NCBI GenBank assembly: GCA_965222225.1
Contig: CBDCTK010000002.1
Span: 5,440,001 to 5,504,000 of the forward strand
Direction: 5' to 3'
DNA from: Candidatus Poribacteria bacterium
GTDB taxonomy: Bacteria; Poribacteria; WGA-4E; JAJDTR01
DNA length: 64,000 bases
The notes under the pieces were generated by a model. The model saw only the letters and a list, made by a program, of their open reading frames with translations, was not told the origin of the DNA and made no database searches. A program made the position numbers and the translations under genes. Below, piece after piece: positions 10,801 through 21,561 of this stretch. Positions within the stretch are counted from its first letter, which is position 1, and the number at the start of each line of letters is the position of its first letter.

Positions 10801-11866
10801 GCCATGAGGTGTTCGACTTGTCAAATCTTCCCAACCCGCCTTCGGCGGTACCAATCCAAATGTATTGACCACTACTCATCAACTCGGTGATATGGTCGCT
10901 AATTAGCCCTTCCTCTGCCGTGTATTTGAGCCAGGTATCAACTGTTGTTAGGTAACGTCGAATGCCACGGTCGGAAGAACCGAACCAAACATTATCGCCG
11001 TCAACGACAATTGTTTTAATGTAGTCGCTCTCTAGTACCGTTGTTTTGTCGTGGCTTTCGGTAAAGGCCTGATGAGCGATACTGAACCTGCTTACGCCCG
11101 AATTTCTTGTACCAACCCAAACTGCATCTGGACTGAGTGCAATGCAAACCACACTGTTGTCGACCAATCCCTCTTCTTTAGTGTATGTGTTCCAAGCGTC
11201 CTTGGCTTTATCGTAGCGCCTTAATCCGCCCTCCGTACCGAACCAAACATACTCGGTATCCGCTGCAATGGCGGTAATCGCATTAAGCCCTTCCTTCTCT
11301 TTTTCGATCTGCGACGCCCAGGCACCTATGGAGGAATCGTAGCGCGAAATGCCATTTTCGGTTCCGATCCAGACGTAGTGTCCATCAATTGCAACTGCGT
11401 TGACGTGATTGTGAGTCAAGCCATCACGTTTCTGAAATTTTCGCCACTTCTTAGTTTCAGCATTATAGTGGCTAAGCCCGATGTGCGTACCGATCCAAAC
11501 ATTCACTCCATCGACGGCGATGTCGGTGACATCGTCAGAAATGAGACCGTCTTCTCGATCTAACTTGTCCCAGCGATTATCCGCCTCGTGATAGACACTC
11601 ACGCCACGGTCTGTTCCAACCCAAATGTTCCCGTGGCTGGCATAGATGCAGCGGACTTTATCGCTGACCAATTGTTTCTCGGTTATTGCTGTAGTAATTG
11701 CTTTTTGCTCGATAACCGACCGCTGCTCCTGCCGATCGACTTGAGTTGCACTGCAGGCAGTCAAGCACAGCAGAAGTGCGAAGATTGCGAAACCCGATGC
11801 ATAAAACATAATGCATGATTTATATTGCGCTAGTTTGTTCATTTTGTAGTGAAAGGAGGTTCCCAA
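7805..11866 (-). CDS. Multi-beta-propeller lipoprotein (two-component-regulator propeller-like repeats), paralog 3
   Basis: About 30 repeats of type WxGTxxGLxRYD..W..Y...DGL and the lipobox LTAC. The true start may be a downstream ATG. Confidence 0.85.
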   Translation of the reverse strand: MGTSFHYKMNKLAQYKSCIMFYASGFAIFALLLCLTACSATQVDRQEQRSVIEQKAITTAITEKQLVSDKVRCIYASHGNIWVGTDRGVSVYHEADNRWDKLDREDGLISDDVTDIAVDGVNVWIGTHIGLSHYNAETKKWRKFQKRDGLTHNHVNAVAIDGHYVWIGTENGISRYDSSIGAWASQIEKEKEGLNAITAIAADTEYVWFGTEGGLRRYDKAKDAWNTYTKEEGLVDNSVVCIALSPDAVWVGTRNSGVSRFSIAHQAFTESHDKTTVLESDYIKTIVVDGDNVWFGSSDRGIRRYLTTVDTWLKYTAEEGLISDHITELMSSGQYIWIGTAEGGLGRFDKSNTSWRWYSRKDRLASTQIHDLAWSGTALWIGTNRGLSRYDPIENDWTTYTKANGLVTNYITSVAVDRKNSVAWIGTSLGLGVIQDNRWRFFTQRNGLTDDFVTNVSIFQGEVWAATRSGLNVLQLTPENHQPRVKSHLEDWWVTSTLRLGKDLWAGTTAGLYRKASETEAFEPYPTIRDYVNTLAQGSNGELLVGTRNGLWVIKDNTPLHITEGLPNPNVRSIVVDNDVMWIGTPGGVGRFEDNLKVQQILTMESEGLLHNNVHSIAIGGNRVFFGTVAGLTILDESTRRWDRHKPYHGVDILQEDDIRWMAKDGDYFWVLNWSASPNGAILRFDRRTDTWMTYTKESLPLSGNPSLITDVPRIAVGEEDVWITTDNGMLQYNKRSDTWKHLPLNRRAEHVAIDQSGGIWASLRGGGGAHYDKITGQWETFYVVEPGDGGRVESVACTNDYVWFGTGEHGIRRYDWRTKTWKAYTEAHGLASRFGRWIVADGEDVWTGGDSAYSWISGRELHGVSRYRANLDMWIIYNERMGVRAARPNSGHIGERYIWSYGWNGIDRCNRATETWTSFTRADGVTGQGRVEAVAEDGDTFWVGTHEDGVLRYYEPSGAWLAYGTEDGLASNEIRNYGIKVDPEYVWVGSAHGLSRYNKENDTWATFVKQETLASRRVVAVAVDERYVWAGTQRGLGRYDKKYDTWRHFEKVMKEDQNNERATDESEEEVGDTKEAEISELVDNNVVDLSVGKRYVWIATEGGVGRYDRIADRFDAYTEENHLPSADIRAIGENRTDVWIGTMNGVSKHNIFSDDPNAWETYNAAIEITPTVAQKYTKSLENDDVRCLAVNNNRIWIGTKTGVSVYDFSERTWRTFTQRDGLASQEVSCIGVDKTRVWFGSGHGTTVYDTATGIWHVYKKKDGLGSDLITSIAINDTEIWFGTFDNGVTVLTKATAEFSILTMADGLPHNGILSLAMDGDFVWIGTHGGLTRYDTLTKTWTVFTEHFDHDGI

Positions 11867-12901
11867 GTGATTACATTTGGCATTTTACGAGAGAGTTCCA
11901 CCCGATGAATGCGACCGCCAATCTTCAATTTCCGAATGCCTCAGCATAGCTTGTCCATGTTCCCACTTTCCGATCATATCGGCACAAACCAAGCTCCGTT
12001 CCAAACCAGATTTGTTCGCCATCAAGTGCGATTGCTTCAACGCGGTTGTGGATTAACCCGTGCTCGGTATTAAAAATTTTCCATTCTCCTGTCGTTTTGC
12101 TGTATCGTGTTGCCCCTTCGTTTGGGGAGCCATACCAAATCTCCGTACCGTTGACCGCGATACACGTCACAATACGGCTTGCCAATCCGTCCGTAGGTGT
12201 GAAGCTGACCGTGTCTTTTGACGCGGTATCATACTTGGTTACTCCCCGGTTTGTGCCAAACCAAATAATCTTGCCATCAATAGCAATGGCGCTAATGTCT
12301 TCGGCATTCAGGTCTTCATTTGATAAAATCGTTTCCCACGTTCCATTTTCTCGATTGTAGCGACACACGCCTCCCTCTGTTCCAAACCAGACGGAGTCCT
12401 CGGTCATTGTCACACAGCGGAGATCGTTGCTCAAGAGGGTATGTGCGTATTTCTGATCACTCCCCATTGCTTTAATCTCAAGGGAATGTAAGTGGGTTTC
12501 CCACGCATTCGAGTCATCTGAAAGACGGTTGAATCTTGCGGCTCCGTCATCGGTTGCAATCCACAAATCGTAGCCTTCGACATCAACGTCGCGAATGACA
12601 TTGGAAGGCAGCCCGTTTTTCACCGAGTATTCTTCCCACCGATCTGCCGCTTTGTCATACCGTCGCAAACCTGCGTCCGTGCCAAGCCATAGATACTTCT
12701 CGTCAACAGTTATACTTCTGACGCTCCAATACCCTCTATGCGGAGGACGGGACCACTGATTCTTCTCCTTATCATAGCGATGTAGTCCTTCAGGTGTGCC
12801 CACCCAAATATACCGACTTTCAGCGGCAATCGCGTAAACTTTCCTAGGGCTAATCGCGATAGCCGTGGGTGAGGGAGTAAACGTCGTCCATAATTCTGTT
12901 T

Positions 12902-14150
12902 CGGAATTAGTAGCTTGTAGCTTTTAGACTGACGACAAACATAAAACTTGGTACCCTGTCGTAAATCTTTTCGTCACACGTAGATGTCCATAGTGACTAT
13001 TCTTCTCGTAGGAGTTTGCTATGGACATTTTGAATCTTATGAAAGAGTTTCCAAATCAAGAATCTTGTCTCAGATTTATAGAGGAAAAACGTTGGAAGGA
13101 CGGTGTTTGCTGTATCCACTGTGGCAGTGAAAAAGTTGGACGCAAGAACAAAAACGACATTACTACTGGTTGGAATTGCTACGATTGTGAATCTAGCTTT
13201 TCGGCTACAGCAGGAACCATCTTCCATGGTACCAAGATACCTCTCCAGAAATGGTTTTTGGCTATCTCAATTCTTTCCAATGCCAAGAAAAGCATATCGA
13301 GTTGTCAGCTTGCTCGTGACTTGGACATGAATCAAAAGTCCGCTTGGTATATGGCAATGCGCCTCCGTGAGAAAATGAGTGATAGTGATGAATTGCTGAA
13401 AGGGATAGTTGAAGCGGACGAAACCTATGTCGGCGGCAAACCCAGAGCAAAATCTAAGAGAGGTAGAGGCACAAATAAATCTCCCGTCATCGGCGTAGTC
13501 GAGAGAGGCGGTCGGGTGGTTGCTAAATTCATGAAGGTTCTATCTGGTGAAAATATCAGAGAATTCATCCTTAGCAATGTCTCACCCGATGAGTCTATTC
13601 TTATGACTGATGAATTTCGCTCTTACAATAGTCTGGACGAAGATATCGAAAGACATGTTATCCATCACCAAGAGAGATATGTTTCTGAGGACGGCGTAAC
13701 TCACACCAACACCATCGAGTCGTTTTGGGCTTGTGTCAAGAGGTCATTCTACGGAACGCATCATCACTACAGCAAGAAGTGGCTGCCACTGTATATCATG
13801 GAGTCTTGCTGGAAATATAATCGCAGAAAAGATGATGAGATTTTCATAAGATTTTTTGATGAATGCTTCACCTGAGCCACATGAATTGTTTGGCTATCGG
13901 TATATTCTGTCAACGACAACATCATGGTGTGCTGAAAATCCCATAGTGTTGGAAATTAAAATCCCGCAGATAACCCGCAATGCTCCCGCGAGCATGTACA
14001 AACGCTTGGTCAACATGATATGCCTCCATTTCTCTCTTATAGAGATGTATTTTAGTGTGAATCAAGATTCCGAACACTGTCTAAAATGATTGTACATTAA
14101 GAAGAGAAAAGCAAGCAAATCGACCAAAAAGCAGTTAACTACTAAGTCCC
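12902..14150 (+). mobile_element. IS1595-family insertion sequence, copy 1 (1249 bp)
   Basis: Imperfect terminal repeats CGGAATTAGTAG / GGGACTTAGTAG. 8-bp TSD TTCTGTTT at 12894-12901 and 14151-14158. Confidence 0.95.
13021..13875 (+). CDS. IS1595-family DDE transposase
   Basis: Zn-ribbon CxxC..CxxC, HTH, EADETY, MTDE and HTNTIESFW. Confidence 0.95.
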   Translation: MDILNLMKEFPNQESCLRFIEEKRWKDGVCCIHCGSEKVGRKNKNDITTGWNCYDCESSFSATAGTIFHGTKIPLQKWFLAISILSNAKKSISSCQLARDLDMNQKSAWYMAMRLREKMSDSDELLKGIVEADETYVGGKPRAKSKRGRGTNKSPVIGVVERGGRVVAKFMKVLSGENIREFILSNVSPDESILMTDEFRSYNSLDEDIERHVIHHQERYVSEDGVTHTNTIESFWACVKRSFYGTHHHYSKKWLPLYIMESCWKYNRRKDDEIFIRFFDECFT

Positions 14151-17100
14151 TTCTGTTTTCTTGTCATAACGAGACAATCCTCCATCGCTACCGACCCAAA
14201 CGTAAGCATCGTCCACCGCCATTGAACCCTCAGCCAGCCCGTTGCTTGCAAGTCCTGTTTCATAGTTCAAAAATCTCCAGTCCTTGCTGGCTTTGTTATA
14301 ACGTCCAATCCCGGCTCCTTCGGTCGCCAACCAGATACTATCCGATGTCTCTATAAGTTGCCTTGGAGTCCCAAACCACTCGTTGTAATTGTTTTTACGG
14401 CTAGTTCTAGGCGTCTTTAATTCTGACCACGATCGCGTGCTATAATGATATTTTGATGCGATGGGGTCTCCCCAGTCAAGCCAAGCGTAAAGCATCCAAA
14501 AGCCGTCAATCCCGGGGTGAATGCCAAAGGTTACGCGTGAAGTGGCCCGGTGTTCGGAGATGATTTCCCACTCTTCGATGCGCCGACTGTACCGAGAGGC
14601 GTCACCCCAAGCTGTTATCCAGACATAATCGTCATCAATGAAAATATCGTTAGTTTCGCTGTGGCCCAAGCCGTCTCGCTGAGAAAAAGTTTCCCACTCC
14701 TCGGTTGATTTGTCAAACCGTTTGATTCCCTCCCAAGCGGTAGAAACCCAAACATATTCAGAATCGACAGCAATCGCACCCAAGGTGCTCCAAACAGCGC
14801 TTGGTGAGATTTCCCAATGCTGCCAACGGTCTTCCTCCATAGAAAGGCGACCAACCACGCCTCCAATGTGGAGCGTCCAAATATCCTTACCATCAGGTGT
14901 GATACTCCAAACCTCATTGTTTGGCAAGCCATCTTGCGTCGAGTAATGACGCCATGTGTCACTGAGTTTGTTGTAACGCAAAACCCCAGCGTTGGTGCTA
15001 AACCAAACAGCTTTATCATCGGTCGTAATCCCGTGGACAAGGGTAATTGGTGGCGCATTTGGTTGGAGTGGAAGGTCATCCTTACTGAAGAAACGGAATC
15101 TCTCAGTGACCCGATTGTGCTGACCGATTGCGCCTTCTGTTGTTTTCTTCCAGTTACCGAACCAGATAAAATCTCCGTCTTCTTGAAGATGGACGACTCG
15201 ATTGGCGTGTAGCACCTCGGTAGTTCTCGACGCAACGTGCTTTGTCCACCGTTGGGTCGTCTTGTTGAAACGACAGACACCACCTATTGTCCCAATCCAC
15301 ACGTCAGTCTCAGTGATTGAAATGGATGTGACATTATTCGCCGGAAGCCCGCCATTCGTGTTCTCTCGCGTGTAGACTGTCCATCTGTCAGCTTTCCAAT
15401 CGTATCTCCCTAATCCGTCCGGAGTACCAAGCCAGATTTCTTCACCGCCGGTCTTGACTGCGACAACGTTGGCGTGAGCCATAGGATGTGTCAAGTGTGA
15501 AACCTGAAACGGAAGGTCCTCGTCGAAGCAAGCTCCCGATTCTCCTAGCGGCGTACCTAGCATCGCTTCTGTCAACGAACGAAGCGATTTCGTGACCTGT
15601 GGCTGTGGATCCGATAAATCTTTCAATTTCACTAAACCCGATCTTGTTCCAACCCATAGCGAGTCACCGTTAATTGAAATTGCATTAACCCAGTTTTCAG
15701 GCAATCCATCCTTCCTGTTGAGCTTAGCGGCGGTTTCGGTTAACCTATCGTAATAGACAAGTCCGTCTGGGGTTGCAATCCAAATGACCTCGCCAGAGAG
15801 TCGAATATCGTTTATCCAACCGAGGTTTGCGAGTTTGCGGGGATGTGAATTCCACGAACCCATAAGCAAATTGTACGTTGAAAGTCCAGTTCTTGTTCCA
15901 ATCCACAGTTGACTATGAAGCGGATCCCACGCAAGGCATGTGACGAAATTATCGGCCAATCCATTCTTGGTGTTATAGAATTGCCAATTCGCATTTCCAT
16001 GACGCACTCCTAGCCCTTTTGGTGTGCCCACCCAGAGAGAGTTATCACTTTCCGCCACGATAGTGATGTAGTTATCGGCTAATCCGTCCGTTTTGCTAAT
16101 CGTACGCCAACCGAGTGAAGATTTGTCGCCTGTGTATTCGTTGAGACCATCCCGTGTTCCAACCCAAACCTTCGATGTCGTAGCAAGAAGGCTCTTTACA
16201 TCATTGTCGCTGAGCGCCCGAACTTCCCCGTAACTCGTCCACTCTTCACTTTGAAGATCGTATCGTGCCACGCCGTGTTCGTGCGTACCGAACCACACTA
16301 CGTTTCCATCGGCTGCGATTGATGTGACATGATTGGAGGGAAGACCATCCGCTGTTGAATACTGTCGCCATGCATTGACTGTTAAGATATATCGCTGTAC
16401 ACCGCTGTCAGCCATACCAATCCAAAGTGAGGTGCCATCCATCGCCAGAACGCGAATCTGATCGCTTGTTAGTCGATCTCTCTTGGTGTATGTACGTACA
16501 AACTCGGAATTCCGCACATCATATAGACTGATTCCTTTGTTCTCTGTACCGAACCAAACTGCATCTTCATTAGCTGCGATAGCGCTTACATGATTGTCAA
16601 CGAGGCCGCTTTCCCGGTCGTAGTTGCTCCACGAATCAGTGAGCTTGTCGAATCTTGATACCCCGGTTTCAGTTGCGACCCAGACGTAGCCCGCATCAAC
16701 CGCTATCTTTTTCACGTTATCGCCAGCGAGTCCGTCCGCCTTTTGCTTTCGCGCCCAAGTGTTTGTTTCTTTATCGTAGCGTGAGAGCCCCTTCGGCGTT
16801 CCAAACCAAACAAACCTTGAGTCAATGGCAATACAAGTCACGATGCGATCGGCTAATCCATCATGAGGCATGTAGCGGCTCCATTCGTCTGTTGCGGTAT
16901 TGTATCGACTGACGCCTCCACTTGTGCCGACCCAGACATCCTCACCATCCAGTGCAATCGCTAACACATCATTGTTGAGAAGTCCATCCATAATTGTGAA
17001 GTTTTTCCATTGTCGTTCGACTTTGTCATAGCAGCTAACACCTCGGCCCGTGCCAACCCACACATAACGAGAATTCATCGCTAACGACGAGATATGATCG

Positions 17101-17506
17101 CTCAAGAGAGGATTTGTCGATGTCGTTCCCGTGCCCTCAAGAAACCGATTGGAAGGTGACGCGGGTGTGTGGATAGCGTAACTAAGCACGGTTATGAGCA
17201 AAATAAGGCGAAACACGGTACTTGCGTGACTTGTCATGGGAGTTCCTTCTCATTGTGCTAAGGGATGTGAGAACTAAAGGTATTTCTCAGCGCGGCGGAT
17301 GGTATCGCCATCAACATTGGTGTGTTAAGATTTGCCTTGGTTGATTGGAAGTTGATTTGCCCACACGGAAAGGAATGATGCGCCGAGGCGGTTTCACCCG
17401 AATGTATCGAGCTCAAAGGACAGAGAGCTTGTCCGCCAACGCAAAGAGCATTTGCACCATTGGCATGTCCCATGGCGGTTTTCTTTTCAAGGCATGCTGG
17501 GGCAAC

Positions 17507-20500
17507 TCACTGGCGATCTTCTTCCTGATCAAAATGCCGAGTAAAGATTGTCCAGGTGTCGGTAAGGATATCGTACCGACTCAGCCCCCGCGCCGTTCCT
17601 ATCCAGAGAAAATCTTCGTCCATAGCAATATCGAACACGCGATTATGACTTAATCCATCGGTCCGCGTGAAGTGTTTCCATGCCTGTGTTTCCTTGTTAT
17701 AATGCAGTAAGCCGTGGTCAAACGTTCCAAACCACACATCGTCATCTGCAGCGACAATCTGAGTGACTTGGTTAATAGCGAGACCGTTGGCTCGGGTAAA
17801 GGAAGACCACTCTTTCGTCTTCGTATTTAATCGGCTAACACCGCCCTCTGTTCCAAACCAGACCGATTCACCGTCAATGCATATACTGCTAATCTCATCA
17901 CCGAGTAGTCCATCGTCCTGTTTGTAGGTTATCCAAGTTCTGCGCCGCAAGTCGTGTTGGCTAACTCCTCTTTCCGTGCCTACCCAGACGTAGCGTGTGC
18001 CGACAGCAATACTTCTTACACGATTGTCAACGAGACTTTCGGCGTATTCTGGAGAGAGCGACATCGTGTCTACCTCATCAGCACGCGCGAATATCTCCCA
18101 AGCATTGGCATCTTCCGACAACGTGTTGTATTTGCTGACACCATGGTCGGACCCAACCCACAGCGTCCGTCTGCCTACCGCCGCTACCTTCACATGGTTT
18201 GTTGGCAAACCGTTCTTCTCGTCGTACTTATCCGTCCAATGGGCCCACTTATCAAATCGCCTGACACCTTTTCCACTGACAATCCACACATATTTATCGT
18301 CGACGACAAGGTCCGTCACGAGATCGTGATCGATAGTCCGATCGTGCGCGACAGTCAGCCAAATGTCGTTTTCTTTATCGTAACGGCTTGCGCCTTGATC
18401 AGTTCCGCAGTAAATATAACGTGAGTCGACAGCAACCGACCGAATGACATCAGAAGGCAGGGATCGGCTGCCGGTATAAACCGTCCAAATTTCCTTTTTC
18501 AAATCATAGCGACTGATTCCACGGTTACTGCCTGCCCAAACGTACTCATCATCGGCGCGAAGTGTATGGTCATGAACTGTGTTGCTTAACAATCCATCCT
18601 CCGTCGAAAATACCGTCCATGATGATGAGGCTTTATCGAACCGACTAACGCCGTGTTCCTCCGCCCCAAACCATACCCCGCTAGGCGTTTCCTGTACATC
18701 GTGGAAGTTGTTGCCGACTGTTTGAGGATGCCCCCGGAACACTTGCCAGGTCCGGTTTTTCTTGTGGTACCCACTTACCGGCACGGTTCCAGGGTCCTCG
18801 TTCCACTCATCTTGATGAAGTACCCACAGATAATCTATGCCGGAACTTAACTCTCTAATCCCCGCCTTTGCCAAACCCCGCTTGCTATCAATGATAGTCC
18901 AACGATCGGTTTTGGCATCGTATTGGCACAATTCCCACCCGTAAGCCCACACATCGTCCTCGGTAGCGACGATGTATCCAATAGGGGCCAAACCATCAGC
19001 AGTGGTATATCGTTTCCAGGAGTCGGTTTTTTTATCATAGCGCAGTACGCCGTCATGCTGTGCGGGAATCCAAACATAGCGAGTATTCGCGGCAAAGCGA
19101 GTCTGATGCCACTTGTTAGCGAGATCCTTTGTCGCTGCCATATGTGTTTCCCACGTGTCGGAAGCTAGTCGATAACGGCAAATGCGCCCATCTCGCAGAC
19201 CAATCCATACATCATCCCCATCAACAAGCACTGACCGAGACTTGTTACTCGGCATCCCATCTTTTGTCGTATAATGTCGCCACGTGTCGGAGTCTTTGGA
19301 GTACGCCAAAATTCCGCTCTCGGTGGAAAACCAAACACGATCGTCTGCCACATCAAGCCAGTCGATTAAATCAATAGGCGGAGCATCAATCGCTTGGACA
19401 TCTTCGTTCATGTAGTGGGTCCACGTCCCCGTTCGTTTGTCGTACCGAACGATATTTCCATTGGAAGTGTGCATCCACGTTACAAACCATACCCAATCGC
19501 CGTCCAACGCCGTGTGCTGTATATGGCTGTGACGTAGTACGTCGGTCTCTTCCCTTGCACGAATCGCAGTCCACGAATTCTCTTTCGTGTCCAACTGCCC
19601 TAAGCCGCCAATGGTCCCCAGCCAGACTTTATCTCCGAAGGTGATAACATCGCGGATATTTTCATGTCCCATTACTGCACCCGGCTGTGTCAGATCGAAA
19701 CGTTCCCACGACTTCGACGCTTTTGAATACTTGCCCAATCCGCGCGGCGTTCCCACCCAAACTGTGTTGTCGGCGATTGCAATTGCCCTCACATTATTGT
19801 TTGGCAATCCTTCCATTGTCGTAAAACTACGCCACCGATTGTCTTCCTTATCAAATTGGGTTAGCCCTTTCCGGGTACCGATCCAGACGATTTCACCATC
19901 AACCACTATTCGATTGACGCGATTGCTAATTAATCCGTCCGCTTCGGTATAGGATTTCACGATACCATTATTCGACGGCAATTGAGAAACACCGCGATCC
20001 GTCCCAACCCAGATAGAATCATCATCAAGGGCGATGCAACTCACCCAAAGGTTCCCAAAATCTTCATGGGTGTACCATTTACCGTCCGCCATGTCATACC
20101 AACACAATCCGCTTCGAGTACCAACCCATATCCTTTCATCCGCGACAACCACATCCTGTACGAAATCACCAGCAAGTCCATGCCTTTTCCGCCAAAACTT
20201 CCAGCGATTATCCTGATACCGCCCCAAGCCCTTGGCTGTCCCGATCCAAACGGCATCATCGGTCATGGCAATGGCGGTTACATAGTTTGTGATTAGTCCG
20301 TGGGCTTTGGTAAAAGTCTTCCATTCCCCAGAACACGAATCGAAACGGCTTAATCCCATCGCAGTTCCAATCCAGAAAACTCCGTCCCGCTGCACAATGG
20401 TCTTCACATTGTCGTTAATCAGACCTTCCGCTTTCCTTACAGTTGTCCAAAGTGCGTTGATCTTATCAAATCGAAGGACGCCATCCTCACGGGTACCGCA

Positions 20501-21442
20501 CCAGACATCGTCTCCATCTGGAACAATTGATGTAATATTCGCGGAGGACAAGCCGTCAACTAAACTATAATGAATCCACGTATCCACCGACTTGATGTAT
20601 CGTTGCACCCCCTCGTTTGCTGTGCCAATCCACACATACAATCCATCAATGACTATCCGGTTGATTTTGTTCGTCTTAAGCAGGCCATCTCGTGTAAGCG
20701 TCCTCACGAAGGCTTGATCTGTTTTGCTGTATAAACTGACACCGAAATTCGCGGTGCCAAACCAAACAAAATCCTCGTCAATAGCAATCGTTGTCACTTT
20801 ATCATCGGCTAAACCATCACTCTTGGTGAACTGTGTCCATGAGTCAATTTTCTTATCGTACCTTGATACGCCTTTATCAGTGGCAAACCAAACGTACTCC
20901 TCTTCAACGGCAATATCAATAATCTGATTGCTCGGCAAACCGCCATCATCCGTCGTCCTGAGTGCCCAAACGTCAATCGGCATATTGTATCTCGCCAAAC
21001 CTTTATCTGTGCCAAACCAAACATAATTCCCATCTACACTAACAGCCGTGATTCGATTACTCGGCAATCCGTTATCGCGATTATAAGTCGTCCATGCGCC
21101 GGTCGTAATCTTGAATTTGGAAATACCAGATTCCGTGCCAAACCAGATGCACTCACGATCAACAGCGATGCCCAAAACTTTATTGTTTGCGAGTCCATCT
21201 TGGACAGTATAGCTCATCCACCGATTCTCGCTTTTGATGAAACGGTTAATGCCTTTGTCTGTTGCCACCCAAATGTTATTCTTGTCTGCAGTGACATCGT
21301 GAATGCGATCGCTAAGTAACGCAAATTCCGCTGATACGCTAGCCGTCGCACTCACCGTGGGCGCCTGTTTGTTGGACTGAACAATGGTACAGCCAACAAG
21401 GACTGTAAATAGAATGGCGAACCAACATTTATTCAAAACCAT
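17507..21442 (-). CDS. Multi-beta-propeller lipoprotein, paralog 1
   Basis: Lipobox LVGC. Same repeat architecture as 7805-11866. Confidence 0.87.
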   Translation of the reverse strand: MVLNKCWFAILFTVLVGCTIVQSNKQAPTVSATASVSAEFALLSDRIHDVTADKNNIWVATDKGINRFIKSENRWMSYTVQDGLANNKVLGIAVDRECIWFGTESGISKFKITTGAWTTYNRDNGLPSNRITAVSVDGNYVWFGTDKGLARYNMPIDVWALRTTDDGGLPSNQIIDIAVEEEYVWFATDKGVSRYDKKIDSWTQFTKSDGLADDKVTTIAIDEDFVWFGTANFGVSLYSKTDQAFVRTLTRDGLLKTNKINRIVIDGLYVWIGTANEGVQRYIKSVDTWIHYSLVDGLSSANITSIVPDGDDVWCGTREDGVLRFDKINALWTTVRKAEGLINDNVKTIVQRDGVFWIGTAMGLSRFDSCSGEWKTFTKAHGLITNYVTAIAMTDDAVWIGTAKGLGRYQDNRWKFWRKRHGLAGDFVQDVVVADERIWVGTRSGLCWYDMADGKWYTHEDFGNLWVSCIALDDDSIWVGTDRGVSQLPSNNGIVKSYTEADGLISNRVNRIVVDGEIVWIGTRKGLTQFDKEDNRWRSFTTMEGLPNNNVRAIAIADNTVWVGTPRGLGKYSKASKSWERFDLTQPGAVMGHENIRDVITFGDKVWLGTIGGLGQLDTKENSWTAIRAREETDVLRHSHIQHTALDGDWVWFVTWMHTSNGNIVRYDKRTGTWTHYMNEDVQAIDAPPIDLIDWLDVADDRVWFSTESGILAYSKDSDTWRHYTTKDGMPSNKSRSVLVDGDDVWIGLRDGRICRYRLASDTWETHMAATKDLANKWHQTRFAANTRYVWIPAQHDGVLRYDKKTDSWKRYTTADGLAPIGYIVATEDDVWAYGWELCQYDAKTDRWTIIDSKRGLAKAGIRELSSGIDYLWVLHQDEWNEDPGTVPVSGYHKKNRTWQVFRGHPQTVGNNFHDVQETPSGVWFGAEEHGVSRFDKASSSWTVFSTEDGLLSNTVHDHTLRADDEYVWAGSNRGISRYDLKKEIWTVYTGSRSLPSDVIRSVAVDSRYIYCGTDQGASRYDKENDIWLTVAHDRTIDHDLVTDLVVDDKYVWIVSGKGVRRFDKWAHWTDKYDEKNGLPTNHVKVAAVGRRTLWVGSDHGVSKYNTLSEDANAWEIFARADEVDTMSLSPEYAESLVDNRVRSIAVGTRYVWVGTERGVSQHDLRRRTWITYKQDDGLLGDEISSICIDGESVWFGTEGGVSRLNTKTKEWSSFTRANGLAINQVTQIVAADDDVWFGTFDHGLLHYNKETQAWKHFTRTDGLSHNRVFDIAMDEDFLWIGTARGLSRYDILTDTWTIFTRHFDQEEDRQ

Positions 21443-21561
21443 CGTTCCTAATCATTTATATCGAAAACGCGAAAAAATAATAACAAAAATCCTTAGTGAG
21501 GCGAAAGTTATATAGCGAAACTACCCGTCGTTGAGGTGCAAAACAGCGCTGTCTTTTCTCT

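Larger units (their letters stand above)
11925..17237 (-). pseudogene. Multi-beta-propeller secreted protein, paralog 2, interrupted by IS1595
   Basis: Removing 12902-14150 and one TSD copy joins ..RYDKKTE to LWTTFTPS..YIWVGTPEG in frame, giving one ~1351 aa ORF. Confidence 0.92.
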
